A stretch of 64,000 bases of DNA from Bacteroidota bacterium (GTDB lineage Bacteria; Bacteroidota; Bacteroidia; UKL13-3). Shown here in pieces: positions 33,678 through 43,106 of this stretch (position 1 is its first letter; every line of letters begins with the position of its first letter). The position numbers and the translations under genes are program-made. Below the pieces are notes generated by a model. It searched no databases. It worked only from the letters and a program-made list of their open reading frames with translations, and was not told where the DNA came from. The stretch lies in assembly GCA_027491085.1 (NCBI GenBank), contig JAIXWW010000020.1, positions 72,586 through 136,585 on the forward strand. Direction: 5' to 3'.

Positions 33678-36623
33678 ATGCTATTAAACTGCCATACCTA
33701 TTATAGCTTTTGCTATGGCACATTTGCCATTGAAACCTTATTGCAACAAGTGCAACAGAACGGATACAATACTTTTGTTCTTTCTGATATTAACAATACT
33801 TCAGCTTGTTTAGATGCCATAAGACTTGCACCAAACTATGGTTTAAAACCAATTGTTGGTATTGATTTTAGAAACAATGCGCAGCAACAATACATTGGCA
33901 TAGCCACCAATAACGAGGGTTTTAAAGAATTGAACGAACACCTTTCATTGCATTTGCATAGCAATACGTATTTTAATGAAATAGCACCTGCATTTAACCA
34001 TGCTTTTGTGGTATATCCTTTAAGTAATTACAAAGGTTGGCCGCTGCGCAATAACGAGTTTGTAGGTATTAGTATAAAAGAGTTAAGTAACTTAAATTTT
34101 TTAGCTATAAAACAAAAAACAAATAAGTTGGTGGCTTTACAAACGGTTTCATTTGCCAATAAACAAGCGTTTAATGCGCATAGGTTATTGCGTGCCATTG
34201 ATACCAATAATTTATTAAGTAAACTTCCCATAACCCAGCAAGCAAAAGGCACAGAAATGATGTTGAGTAAATCCGAAATGTATGCAGCTTATGCAGCCTA
34301 TCCTCATATTATTGCCAATACCGAACATATTTTAAACAGCTGCCAAATACATTTTGATTATGGAAAATTAACCAATAAAAATTTAGCATATTACACCGAT
34401 AGCATTGCCACCGATATAAGTTTGTTGCGCAGTTTATGCATGGAAGGCTTACCATACCGTTATCCCAATCCTTCTGCACAAGTGTTACAGCGTATAGAAA
34501 ATGAGCTAGAGGTAATAAGCAAGCTTAAATTTGCATCTTATTTTTTAATTAATTGGGATATTACAAGGTTCGCTAGAAATAAAGGTTTTTATTATGTAGG
34601 TCGAGGTAGTGGAGCCAATAGCATTGTAGCCTATTTACTGCGCATTACCGATGTAGATCCCATTGAATTAGACTTATATTTTGAACGATTTATCAATTTG
34701 CATAGAAGCAATGCGCCCGATTTTGACATGGATTTTTCGTGGACAGATAGAGACGATATAACGGCTTATATTTTTAAAAGATTTGGAACGGAACGTACCG
34801 CTTTATTGGGTGCTTACAATACTTTTCAGCACGATGCAGTAACACGTGAGTTAGGAAAAGTATTTGGCTTACCACCTAACGATATTGATAAATTACAACG
34901 CACCACCGACATCAATAGTTTAGATGAAATAAGCCGTTTGGTAATTCGGTATAGCCATTTAATTAAAGGTTTTCCTAGCCATTTAAGTATTCATTCAAGC
35001 GGAATTATTATTTCTGAAAAACCAATTTCGTGTTATACTGCCACGAGTTTACCACCAAAAGGTTATGCCACTACTCAGTTTAGTATGCTAGAAGCCGAAG
35101 ATATTGGATTATATAAATTTGATATTTTAAGCCAGCGTGGATTAGGAAAAATTAAAGATACCATTGATATTGTAAAGCAAAATAAAGGCATTGATATAGA
35201 TGTACACCATGTGGCTGCTTTTAAAACAGATGAGAACATAAAAGCATTGCTTCGCAAAGGCAATACCATTGGGTGTTTTTATGTAGAATCTCCAGCCATG
35301 CGAATGTTGCTTGCCAAGTTACGAGCCGATGATTACTTACGTTTGGTAGCTGCAAGTTCTATCATTAGGCCGGGTGTGGCCAAAAGTGGTATGATGCGCG
35401 AATATATTTTACGATACCGTCATCCAGAATTGCGTGAAAAAGCACGCGCGGCTTTGCCTGAATTATACGACATTTTAGAAGAAACTTATGGTGTAATGGT
35501 GTACCAAGAAGACGTGATAAAAGTTGCACATTTATTTGCCGACCTTACACTTGCCGAAGCTGATTACCTGCGCAAAGGCATGAGTTGGAAGTTTAAAAAA
35601 CGCAATGAGTTTGAAATGGTAAAGCAAAACTTTTTTGCCAATTGTTTAAAAAAAGGTCATCAATTACATACCATAACTGATATTTGGAACCAAATAGAAA
35701 GCTTTGCCAATTTTGCTTTCTCCAAAGGGCATTCGGCTAGTTATGCGGTTGAAAGTTATCAGGCATTGTTTTTAAAAGCATATTATCCGCTTGAATACAT
35801 GGTGGCTACACTTAATAATGGTGGCGGATTTTACCGCAAAGAATTGTACTTGCACGAAGCTAGAATGCATGGTGCCAATATTCATTTGCCTTGCATCAAT
35901 CATAGCGATGCTTTTTGTACCATTGAAGGCAATACCATTTATTTGGGTTTGGCTATGATAGCCGAGTTAACCGAACATACTTTGCAAGCTATTTTACAAG
36001 AACGTTTGCAAAATGGTAACTATAAAAACATGCACGATTTTATAGCCCGGGTTCCTTTATCGTTAGAGCAAATGCGGCTTTTGGTAAAGGCAGGAACTTT
36101 TAATTTTACTGGGCGAAATAAAACCGAATTGCTTTGGGAAATACACAGCATCATATCGCCACACATCAAGAAAACGAATAAACAAGAGCTGTTTAAAGTT
36201 AGCTTGCCTAAGTGGGAATTACCTGCTTTTAACCATTCAAAAATAGATGAAGCTTTTGATGAAATGGCCTTATTTGGTTTTTCGTTAGCTTCGCCATTTG
36301 GTTTATTAAAACAGGCGTTGCCAAACAATTTTACAGCCAACGAAATGCCTAAATACATAAACCAAACCATTAGCATAGTTGGTTATTGGGTAAATACCAA
36401 ACGTACCTACACCAGCAATGGCGATAAAATGTACTTTGGTACTTTTACCGATTTAGAAGGCAATTGGATTGATACCGTTCATTTTCCGCCAAGTGCCAAA
36501 CAGTTTCCATTTACTGGTCCGGGTTGTTATTTAATTACAGGCAAAGTAGTAAACGAATACGATTTTATGAGCATAGAAGTAAGTGAACTAAATCGTTTAC
36601 CAATGGTAGATAGAGAGGCTTAA
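33678..36623 (+). CDS. dnaE2: Error-prone DNA polymerase III alpha-type subunit (DnaE2-like)
   Basis: 981 aa, shorter than replicative DnaE. It has an N-terminal PHP domain (MLLNCHTYYSF) and pol III alpha core motifs (FDMDF, KFDILSQRGL, FSKGHSASYA). It starts 3 nt after the dinB stop. Confidence 0.85.
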   Translation: MLLNCHTYYSFCYGTFAIETLLQQVQQNGYNTFVLSDINNTSACLDAIRLAPNYGLKPIVGIDFRNNAQQQYIGIATNNEGFKELNEHLSLHLHSNTYFNEIAPAFNHAFVVYPLSNYKGWPLRNNEFVGISIKELSNLNFLAIKQKTNKLVALQTVSFANKQAFNAHRLLRAIDTNNLLSKLPITQQAKGTEMMLSKSEMYAAYAAYPHIIANTEHILNSCQIHFDYGKLTNKNLAYYTDSIATDISLLRSLCMEGLPYRYPNPSAQVLQRIENELEVISKLKFASYFLINWDITRFARNKGFYYVGRGSGANSIVAYLLRITDVDPIELDLYFERFINLHRSNAPDFDMDFSWTDRDDITAYIFKRFGTERTALLGAYNTFQHDAVTRELGKVFGLPPNDIDKLQRTTDINSLDEISRLVIRYSHLIKGFPSHLSIHSSGIIISEKPISCYTATSLPPKGYATTQFSMLEAEDIGLYKFDILSQRGLGKIKDTIDIVKQNKGIDIDVHHVAAFKTDENIKALLRKGNTIGCFYVESPAMRMLLAKLRADDYLRLVAASSIIRPGVAKSGMMREYILRYRHPELREKARAALPELYDILEETYGVMVYQEDVIKVAHLFADLTLAEADYLRKGMSWKFKKRNEFEMVKQNFFANCLKKGHQLHTITDIWNQIESFANFAFSKGHSASYAVESYQALFLKAYYPLEYMVATLNNGGGFYRKELYLHEARMHGANIHLPCINHSDAFCTIEGNTIYLGLAMIAELTEHTLQAILQERLQNGNYKNMHDFIARVPLSLEQMRLLVKAGTFNFTGRNKTELLWEIHSIISPHIKKTNKQELFKVSLPKWELPAFNHSKIDEAFDEMALFGFSLASPFGLLKQALPNNFTANEMPKYINQTISIVGYWVNTKRTYTSNGDKMYFGTFTDLEGNWIDTVHFPPSAKQFPFTGPGCYLITGKVVNEYDFMSIEVSELNRLPMVDREA

Positions 36624-36746
36624 TTATGAATGTTGAATTTTGAATTATGAATGAGTTCGGAATGCGGAATGAGAGATGTGAAATGTAAGATGTGATATGT
36701 GAGATGAGTTAGATGAACTTCGATTCTACACAAAACAAAAAATGAA

Positions 36747-37134
36747 GTCATGTTACAAGCATCTTCCTTGTTTACAATAAATGAAAGCAAATAAAAACAG
36801 TCTTCGTCATGCAGCGCATCTCCTTTGTTCTGCAACCATTATTCCATTAACAAGTATGAGTTCGGAATGCGTTCCGATAGCTATCGGAATGACAAAAGTG
36901 CGAAATGAGAGATGGTAGTTGAGATATGAGAGTTGAGAAATGTGAACTGTGAACTGTGAGGTATCTGTTATTCATTTCTGCTTAATAATAAAAAACCGAA
37001 TCAGTCATGCAGCGCATCTCCTTTGTTCTGCAACCATTACTCTATTAACTAACTTGGTTGCCAAGGAAAGGAGATTCCTGCTGAATGACCAATAATGCAG
37101 TCATGCTGCAAGCATCTTTTTGGTTTTAACTAAC
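36747..37134 (+). repeat. Four same-orientation copies of a small hairpin box (GTCATG..GCATCT-CCTTTGTT-like)
   Basis: The copies are at 36747-36780, 36806-36841, 37004-37039 and 37100-37134. The two middle copies are identical over 36 nt. Confidence 0.85.
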
Positions 37135-37284
37135 TTTATTACATTAACCCTTTTTTTAAGAATATTACTAATTAAACAACTTTTTAAATTACCAATAAGT
37201 GCTTTATTTGTATTCATAATTTCCTTTATAATCATGGCAATTAAGATTAAATTCTTTTGTTAGTCAGGCTTAATCAATCAATAT

Positions 37285-39114
37285 ATGAAAAGTAAAATTG
37301 TTTTAGTTCTATTTTTATTAACTACAGCTATGCTGTTTGTTAAGTGTAATAATGGTGTTTTAAATCCTACTGTTAAATTACATCCAAACGATCCTTTTAA
37401 AAATACAATGGTCACTAGTCAACTATTTGAAATTGATGCCAGTCAAGATAATGTTATCGAGGGTGAAGATGGAACCATTTTAGTTTGCCCCAAAGGTTGT
37501 TTTATAAATAGCAATGGTAGCCTCGTTACTTCAAAAGTAAATATTGAATTGGCGGAGGCTTTAAGTGTCGAAAATATGCTACTTTCTAATTTAACAACTA
37601 CTTCAAATGTTAATCCATTAGAAACGGATGGTATGATTTATTTTAACGTTACAGCTAATGGCGAACAACTTGCTGTAAATAAAAATATTCCTGTTCATAT
37701 TGAAATTCCCACCAGTGAGAAAAAAAACAATATGATGGTTTATAAAGGAATTAGAGATGAAAAAGGCAATATGAATTGGATTGAACCAATTGAATTGCCA
37801 AAGCAATTAATTACAGTTGATTTATATGAATTGGATTTTACACCAGAAGGATTTAGGAATCAAGTAAAAAAAGAAATACCATTTAAAGGTTATAAGGAAG
37901 CCACATCACAGTTAGTAGATAGTTTATATTATCTTTTTGGTTTCAATTTAAATTCAAATAATGAAACTGAATCAAGAATTAAAAGTGATACAATTCAAAT
38001 AAGTCCTGATATACCAAACGAGCCATATTATAACGAAAAGCAAGAAGCGCAAGTTGAGGATAAATCAGCAATAAATCATACAGAATCTTTAAAGGATACC
38101 GGTGGTATTATGGGAATTAATCCTGCTATTATACAAGTCATAAAATCGGATAAATATCAAAATACACTTATAGCAACCAAAGATTTTGAAGCAAGGCTTA
38201 AGGTTATTTTTAAAACATGTAATGATAAAGTGCTTGAGTTGTATATAAATAATTTAAACAAAAACCTTTATGAAATAGATGAAATGGCTGCTGCCATGTT
38301 GGCTAATACCAATTATCAACAAGCATTTATTGATTTTGCAAGTCAAAAACTTACCAAAGTACCTGAAGCCGATAAATATGCAGACATGTTAAAAGGTTAC
38401 TATAAAACACAATTAGCAAAAGTAAAATCAGCTTTACAAGCCACTGCTAATAAATTTAAACAAGAACAAGCTAAGAAAGAAAAGGCTGCTCAACAAACTT
38501 TAACAGACTACAAAAAATTATTGTGGAAACGCGAAAAATATAGAATGGAAACTTATGGTTTTGATTATACTGAAACAGGTTGGATAAACATTGATAGAGG
38601 CACTTTACCCAAAGAGTGGAGCAGTCAACCATTAATGGTAAATATTACAAATAGCAAGCAACTAGATAGGGTTTACGCTTATGTAATTTATACTTCTATA
38701 AAAAGTTTGTATAGGTTAAATACCCAAAATAATGAGCAGTTTTATGTAGGTAATAATGATGAAAAACAAATGCTAATGCCAAATAATAAAACAGCGGTTG
38801 TAATAGCAATTGGTTATAAAAATGAAGCACCTTGGCTTGCTATAAAACAATTCGAAACTGTTTCAGAATCAGTTATATCTTTAACTTTGGAGCCAAGTAA
38901 TGCTAGCCAAGTAAATCAAACAATTAGCAGTTATGACCAATATGCTAAAGAAAATAAAATAGAAGCAGATTTAGTTTTTATGGATAAATTGTACAAAGAA
39001 GAAAAACGCAAACAATCATTAAATGAATCAATTGCACTTTTGAATCGGTTATATTATTTTGTTTACCCATGCGGGATTCTGCCACAAGCTAATGATCAAA
39101 GTTATTATAAATGA
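37285..39114 (+). CDS. Large hypothetical lipoprotein with a central coiled-coil-like region
   Basis: 609 aa with a signal peptide and lipobox-like FVKC. No recognisable catalytic motif. Confidence 0.55.
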   Translation: MKSKIVLVLFLLTTAMLFVKCNNGVLNPTVKLHPNDPFKNTMVTSQLFEIDASQDNVIEGEDGTILVCPKGCFINSNGSLVTSKVNIELAEALSVENMLLSNLTTTSNVNPLETDGMIYFNVTANGEQLAVNKNIPVHIEIPTSEKKNNMMVYKGIRDEKGNMNWIEPIELPKQLITVDLYELDFTPEGFRNQVKKEIPFKGYKEATSQLVDSLYYLFGFNLNSNNETESRIKSDTIQISPDIPNEPYYNEKQEAQVEDKSAINHTESLKDTGGIMGINPAIIQVIKSDKYQNTLIATKDFEARLKVIFKTCNDKVLELYINNLNKNLYEIDEMAAAMLANTNYQQAFIDFASQKLTKVPEADKYADMLKGYYKTQLAKVKSALQATANKFKQEQAKKEKAAQQTLTDYKKLLWKREKYRMETYGFDYTETGWINIDRGTLPKEWSSQPLMVNITNSKQLDRVYAYVIYTSIKSLYRLNTQNNEQFYVGNNDEKQMLMPNNKTAVVIAIGYKNEAPWLAIKQFETVSESVISLTLEPSNASQVNQTISSYDQYAKENKIEADLVFMDKLYKEEKRKQSLNESIALLNRLYYFVYPCGILPQANDQSYYK

Positions 39115-39122
39115 AATAAACC

Positions 39123-39656
39123 ATGATGAAGTTGAAAAAATGCTTACTAAGTTTAATATTAATTGTTTTTATAATTAGTTGTACTCAAACCGATATTTAT
39201 TCGTTTAAAACTTTTAATAAAGAAAGCACTGATAGTATTATTTTTGGTGTATTTGCTGGTATGGCAACTCCCAATTATTCTACAGTATTTAAATATTCAA
39301 AAAATGAATTGTATGTCGATACGGTAGATTCTTATTATTTTAAATCAGCATCAAGTAATCCTAATAATTATACTTGGGTAAAATTACCTTTGAGTGATAG
39401 CACAATTTCAAAAAATCTATTAACCTCAGTCCCGTTTCATTATTATAAAGTAGATTCAATATTTGGTAGTCCAGATAACTTAGACCAAGGAGGTGCTTTT
39501 ATTATTTTTTATAAATTTAACATCAAAACAGAAATTAAATTAGATAATTTTAGAAACAAAATACCTAAAGATTTGGAACCCTTATTAGATAGTATAAATT
39601 TAATAGTTCAGAAATTGAGAAAAGGAAATAAAGTAAATCAAGGAGAGTATAATTAA
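39123..39656 (+). CDS. Hypothetical lipoprotein
   Basis: 177 aa with lipobox IISC. It starts 8 nt after the upstream gene, so it is probably co-transcribed. Confidence 0.5.
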   Translation: MMKLKKCLLSLILIVFIISCTQTDIYSFKTFNKESTDSIIFGVFAGMATPNYSTVFKYSKNELYVDTVDSYYFKSASSNPNNYTWVKLPLSDSTISKNLLTSVPFHYYKVDSIFGSPDNLDQGGAFIIFYKFNIKTEIKLDNFRNKIPKDLEPLLDSINLIVQKLRKGNKVNQGEYN

Positions 39657-39712
39657 ACAAAAATCAAATGAATCTTTAGAATTCAATATGAAAAAAAAAC
39701 TAAAATACAAAA

Positions 39713-39745
39713 AGCCCAACTCCTTGTTTGGAGGTTGGGCTTTTG
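39713..39745. terminator. Bidirectional rho-independent terminator
   Basis: Stem AGCCCAACTCC / GGAGGTTGGGCT with flanking A- and T-runs, between convergent genes. Confidence 0.75.
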
Positions 39746-39783
39746 TAAAGTGTATTGAAAGTTTAATTTCGAAATTAATTTTT

Positions 39784-41001
39784 TTATCCTTTTGCCATCA
39801 AAGCCATGTAAAAACCATCAAATCCAGTTGCTGAAGGCAATACTATTTCTTCTTTTTCTAAACTAAAATGACTGTTATTGGCTAAAAATGTAGCCACTTG
39901 GTTTTGGTTTTCGCTAGGCATAATGCTGCAAGTTACGTACAACATTTTTCCGCCTTTTTTAACCATTACATGGTATTTATCTAAAATTTCTTGCTGTGTT
40001 TTTTTGATATTTTCAATAAAATCAGCTTGTAGTTTCCATTTAGCATCGGGGTTACGTTTTAATACACCCAAGCCGCTACAAGGCGCATCAATCAATAACC
40101 TATCGGCAAAGTCTTTTAACTCATTCACTGTATTGGCTTCAATTAAACGTGTTTCTACATTGCTTACATCCGCTCTGCGTGCACGTTTGCGCAATTCGTC
40201 TAGTTTCCATTGCTCCACATCCATGCTAATCAGTTTACCTTTGTTTTGCATCAATGCAGCCACATGTAAACTTTTTCCTCCTGCACCTGCACATGCATCA
40301 ATAACACGCATATTAGGTTCATTTAAATCTAAAAAAGCGGCTACTTTTTGACTGGAAGCATCTTGCACTTCAAAATGACCTTCTTTAAAAATTTCGGTTT
40401 TAAATAAATTGGTTTTGTTTAAAACCAATAAAGCATCAGGGTATCCTGCTATTTCTTCTGTTTCAACTTTTAAATCGGCTAAGTTTTTAACTAATTCTCT
40501 TTTGGTAGATTTTAAAGTGTTTATCCTAATTACAAAAGGTGCTTTTTGGTTTAAAGCAGTCATTTCTGTTTGCCAGTTTTCGCCTAATTCGGCCGTACCC
40601 ATATTATCCAACCAATCAGGTACCGATTGATTAATTTTAGGAATATCAAGCGCTTGTTGTCTGCGCTGCATAACAATGTGGTAATTGATGCCATCAAACT
40701 CAGGCCAAGCTGGTAAATCAACTCCTTTAATCATAAAATGAATGGCTAAAATAGCAAACATTTGATGTTGTTTCAAAGGGCGCATGTCTTCATGGCCAGT
40801 TAAACAAAATTGGTACAAACGTATCCAACGCACAATATCGTAAGTGTTTTCGGCAATAAAAGCCCTGTCGCGCGAACCCCACGTATGGTTTTTACGTAAA
40901 CTTTGCTCTATTACTTTATCAGCATATTTTTTTTGATTGAATATAACATTTAAGTTAGTAACCACTTCATTAACTAAAGGGCGGTGTAATTTTTGATTCA
41001 T
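39784..41001 (-). CDS. RsmB/NOP-family SAM-dependent RNA (cytosine-C5) methyltransferase
   Basis: 405 aa with the SAM motif DACAGAGGKS and the catalytic DAPCSGLGVLKRNPD and TCS motifs. Confidence 0.85.
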   Translation of the reverse strand: MNQKLHRPLVNEVVTNLNVIFNQKKYADKVIEQSLRKNHTWGSRDRAFIAENTYDIVRWIRLYQFCLTGHEDMRPLKQHQMFAILAIHFMIKGVDLPAWPEFDGINYHIVMQRRQQALDIPKINQSVPDWLDNMGTAELGENWQTEMTALNQKAPFVIRINTLKSTKRELVKNLADLKVETEEIAGYPDALLVLNKTNLFKTEIFKEGHFEVQDASSQKVAAFLDLNEPNMRVIDACAGAGGKSLHVAALMQNKGKLISMDVEQWKLDELRKRARRADVSNVETRLIEANTVNELKDFADRLLIDAPCSGLGVLKRNPDAKWKLQADFIENIKKTQQEILDKYHVMVKKGGKMLYVTCSIMPSENQNQVATFLANNSHFSLEKEEIVLPSATGFDGFYMALMAKG

Positions 41002-41080
41002 GTAATTTTTGTTTGTTGAAGATTAGCTGACCCCATAGCCAACTAAATTTTATAAAGTGCCAAAGGTAAGCAAAAGCCCC

Positions 41081-41308
41081 ATGATTTTGAAAGTTAATTA
41101 GTTGATGGGTTTGCGGGTTTATAGGTTGATGAGTTGATTGGTTGATAAGTTTATAGGTTGACGAGTTTATGGGTTGACGGGTTGCGTGTTTACGAGTTGA
41201 TTGGTTAATAAGTTAATAGGTTTATGAGTTGATTAAGGAAACAGTTCAGCAATTTAACCATCTAACAATTCAACAGTTCAACAATTTAGCAATTCAACCA
41301 TCCAACAA
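41081..41308 (-). other. Bipartite strand-skewed spacer between hpt and the RsmB-like gene
   Basis: On the plus strand, 41081-41241 has only 5 C (all in CG) and 41242-41308 has only 4 G. In mRNA sense this is a GT-rich trailer followed by an AC-rich tract. Confidence 0.9.
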
Positions 41309-41839
41309 CTAAACTACCACATAAATCTGATCCAAGTTTCGGCCATAGCCATCGTAATCTAAGCCATAACCAACCACAAATTTGTTTTCAATTTCAAAGC
41401 CAACATAATCAATTTCAAAATCCTCTTTAAAAGCTTCGGGTTTAAAAAGCAACGTTAATATTTGGATACTTGCCGGTTTATGGTCTTTTACCAATTCTAA
41501 TATTTTTTTTACGGTATTGCCTGTATCTACTATGTCTTCAATAATAATTACATGGCGATTTTCAATGCTATTGTTTAGCCCAATAAGGGTTTGAACTTGG
41601 CCTGTACTTTCTGTGCCTTGGTAACTTGCTAATTTTATAAACGAAATTTCGCAAGGCGAAAGAAATGCTTTCATTAAATCGGACGTAAACATAAACGAAC
41701 CATTCAATACCGATAAAAACAACGGATTTTTGCCATGAAAATCAACAGTTAATCTGTTTGCCAACTCAATAACGCGGGCTTCAATGCTGTGGTGGCTAAT
41801 AAATGGCTCAAATTGTAGGTCTTTAACTTTGATGGTCAT
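41309..41839 (-). CDS. hpt: Hypoxanthine phosphoribosyltransferase
   Basis: 176 aa with the PRPP-binding loop VIIIEDIVDTGNT. Confidence 0.93.
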   Translation of the reverse strand: MTIKVKDLQFEPFISHHSIEARVIELANRLTVDFHGKNPLFLSVLNGSFMFTSDLMKAFLSPCEISFIKLASYQGTESTGQVQTLIGLNNSIENRHVIIIEDIVDTGNTVKKILELVKDHKPASIQILTLLFKPEAFKEDFEIDYVGFEIENKFVVGYGLDYDGYGRNLDQIYVVV

Positions 41840-41931
41840 GTTTGGTAAAATGCTTAAAATAAAAAGTTTGCAATAATAGTTTTCCTTTAGTTGAATTAAA
41901 AGCTACTATAAATATTTAAAATAAAGTATTT

Positions 41932-43044
41932 TTGGCCACTATGAATGTGCTTGCCATTGTATCTTATCCTTTTTTACCCGCTACCACAGGTGGAGAAATT
42001 TGCACTTTTGGGCTGCACAATGAGTTGGCTAAAACCAATGAAGTTACCGTTTTTACAGTGGAACCTTATAGCGAAAAATTTAGTAAACCTAATTTTGAAC
42101 TATTGGCTAAAATGCCCTTTAAGCCAAGTAGGTATATCAATATTTTTGTTTTTTTTACCATTAAGAAGTTAATCAAAGAAAAACACATTGATTTACTTTT
42201 TTTTGAGCAAACTTGGTATGGTTGGTTACTTTGGTTATTGAAAATATTCACCCATAAAAAAATATATATTAGGGCTCATAATATTGAACATTTAAGGTTT
42301 AAAAGCATTGGTAAAACTTGGTGGAAACTGCTGTTTTACTACGAAAAATGGACTTATAACGCAGCATATAAAGTGTTTTTTTTAACAGAAGAAGACAGGC
42401 AAAAGGCGGTGGAGGTTTTTAAATTAGCTGTTAGCAAAACACAAGTAATTCCTTATGGTATTGATTTAGCACAAATTCCAGTAAGAGAAGAAAATGCAGT
42501 GGACAATGTAAAACAACGCCATCACATCAAATCAGAAGAAAATATATTGTTGTTTTATGGCACCATGGGTTATAAGCCCAACAATGATGCCGTTTTATAC
42601 TTATTAGAAAAATTGCAACCTGCCTTGCAAAAGCATCCTCAGTTTCATTATAAAATAGTGGTTTGTGGAAAAAATTTACCATTAACCATCGAGCAAAAAA
42701 TCAAAGCGAATCCTAGTATTATTTACGCAGGATTTGTAGAAAATTTAAATGAATACATTGATGCAGCTAAAGTGGTGTTAAATCCTGTTATAATTGGTGG
42801 TGGCGTTAAAACTAAAGCCATTGATGCTTTGTCAAGAAATGCCAATTTAGTTTCAACCGAAAGTGGTGCCATTGGAATTGAAAAAAGTGTTTGTGGTAAT
42901 AAGTTAATGATAGTTCCTGATAATGATGTGAACATTTTTGCGCAAGTTATTATCAAAACATGTGATGCGCCTTTAACCAATATTCCCAATCAGTTTTACC
43001 AAACTTATAACTGGGGTAATATTATTAAACGATTGGAGTTGTAA
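41932..43044 (+). CDS. GT4-family (GT-B fold) glycosyltransferase
   Basis: The likely start is ATG at 41941 (MNVLAIVSYPFLPATTGGE). The C-terminal GGGVKTKAIDAL resembles the E-x7-E region of retaining GT4 enzymes. Confidence 0.75.
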   Translation: MATMNVLAIVSYPFLPATTGGEICTFGLHNELAKTNEVTVFTVEPYSEKFSKPNFELLAKMPFKPSRYINIFVFFTIKKLIKEKHIDLLFFEQTWYGWLLWLLKIFTHKKIYIRAHNIEHLRFKSIGKTWWKLLFYYEKWTYNAAYKVFFLTEEDRQKAVEVFKLAVSKTQVIPYGIDLAQIPVREENAVDNVKQRHHIKSEENILLFYGTMGYKPNNDAVLYLLEKLQPALQKHPQFHYKIVVCGKNLPLTIEQKIKANPSIIYAGFVENLNEYIDAAKVVLNPVIIGGGVKTKAIDALSRNANLVSTESGAIGIEKSVCGNKLMIVPDNDVNIFAQVIIKTCDAPLTNIPNQFYQTYNWGNIIKRLEL

Positions 43045-43106
43045 TAGTGAAGTAGGTTTAAAATTTTAAATAAAAATCCTTTTAAATTTAATAATTTGCG
43101 CACGTT

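Noticed and set aside
36620-36835. 71-aa minus-strand ORF downstream of dnaE2
   Set aside because: It spans the C-depleted low-complexity tract and two repeat boxes. Its ATG comes from the conserved GGAGATGCGCTGCATGAC box that is repeated nearby without an ORF.
39689-39783. Short ORF starting ATGAAAAAAAAACTAAAATAC... between convergent genes
   Set aside because: It reads straight through the bidirectional terminator hairpin (39713-39745) and into the antisense of the RsmB-like gene, so it is almost certainly non-coding.
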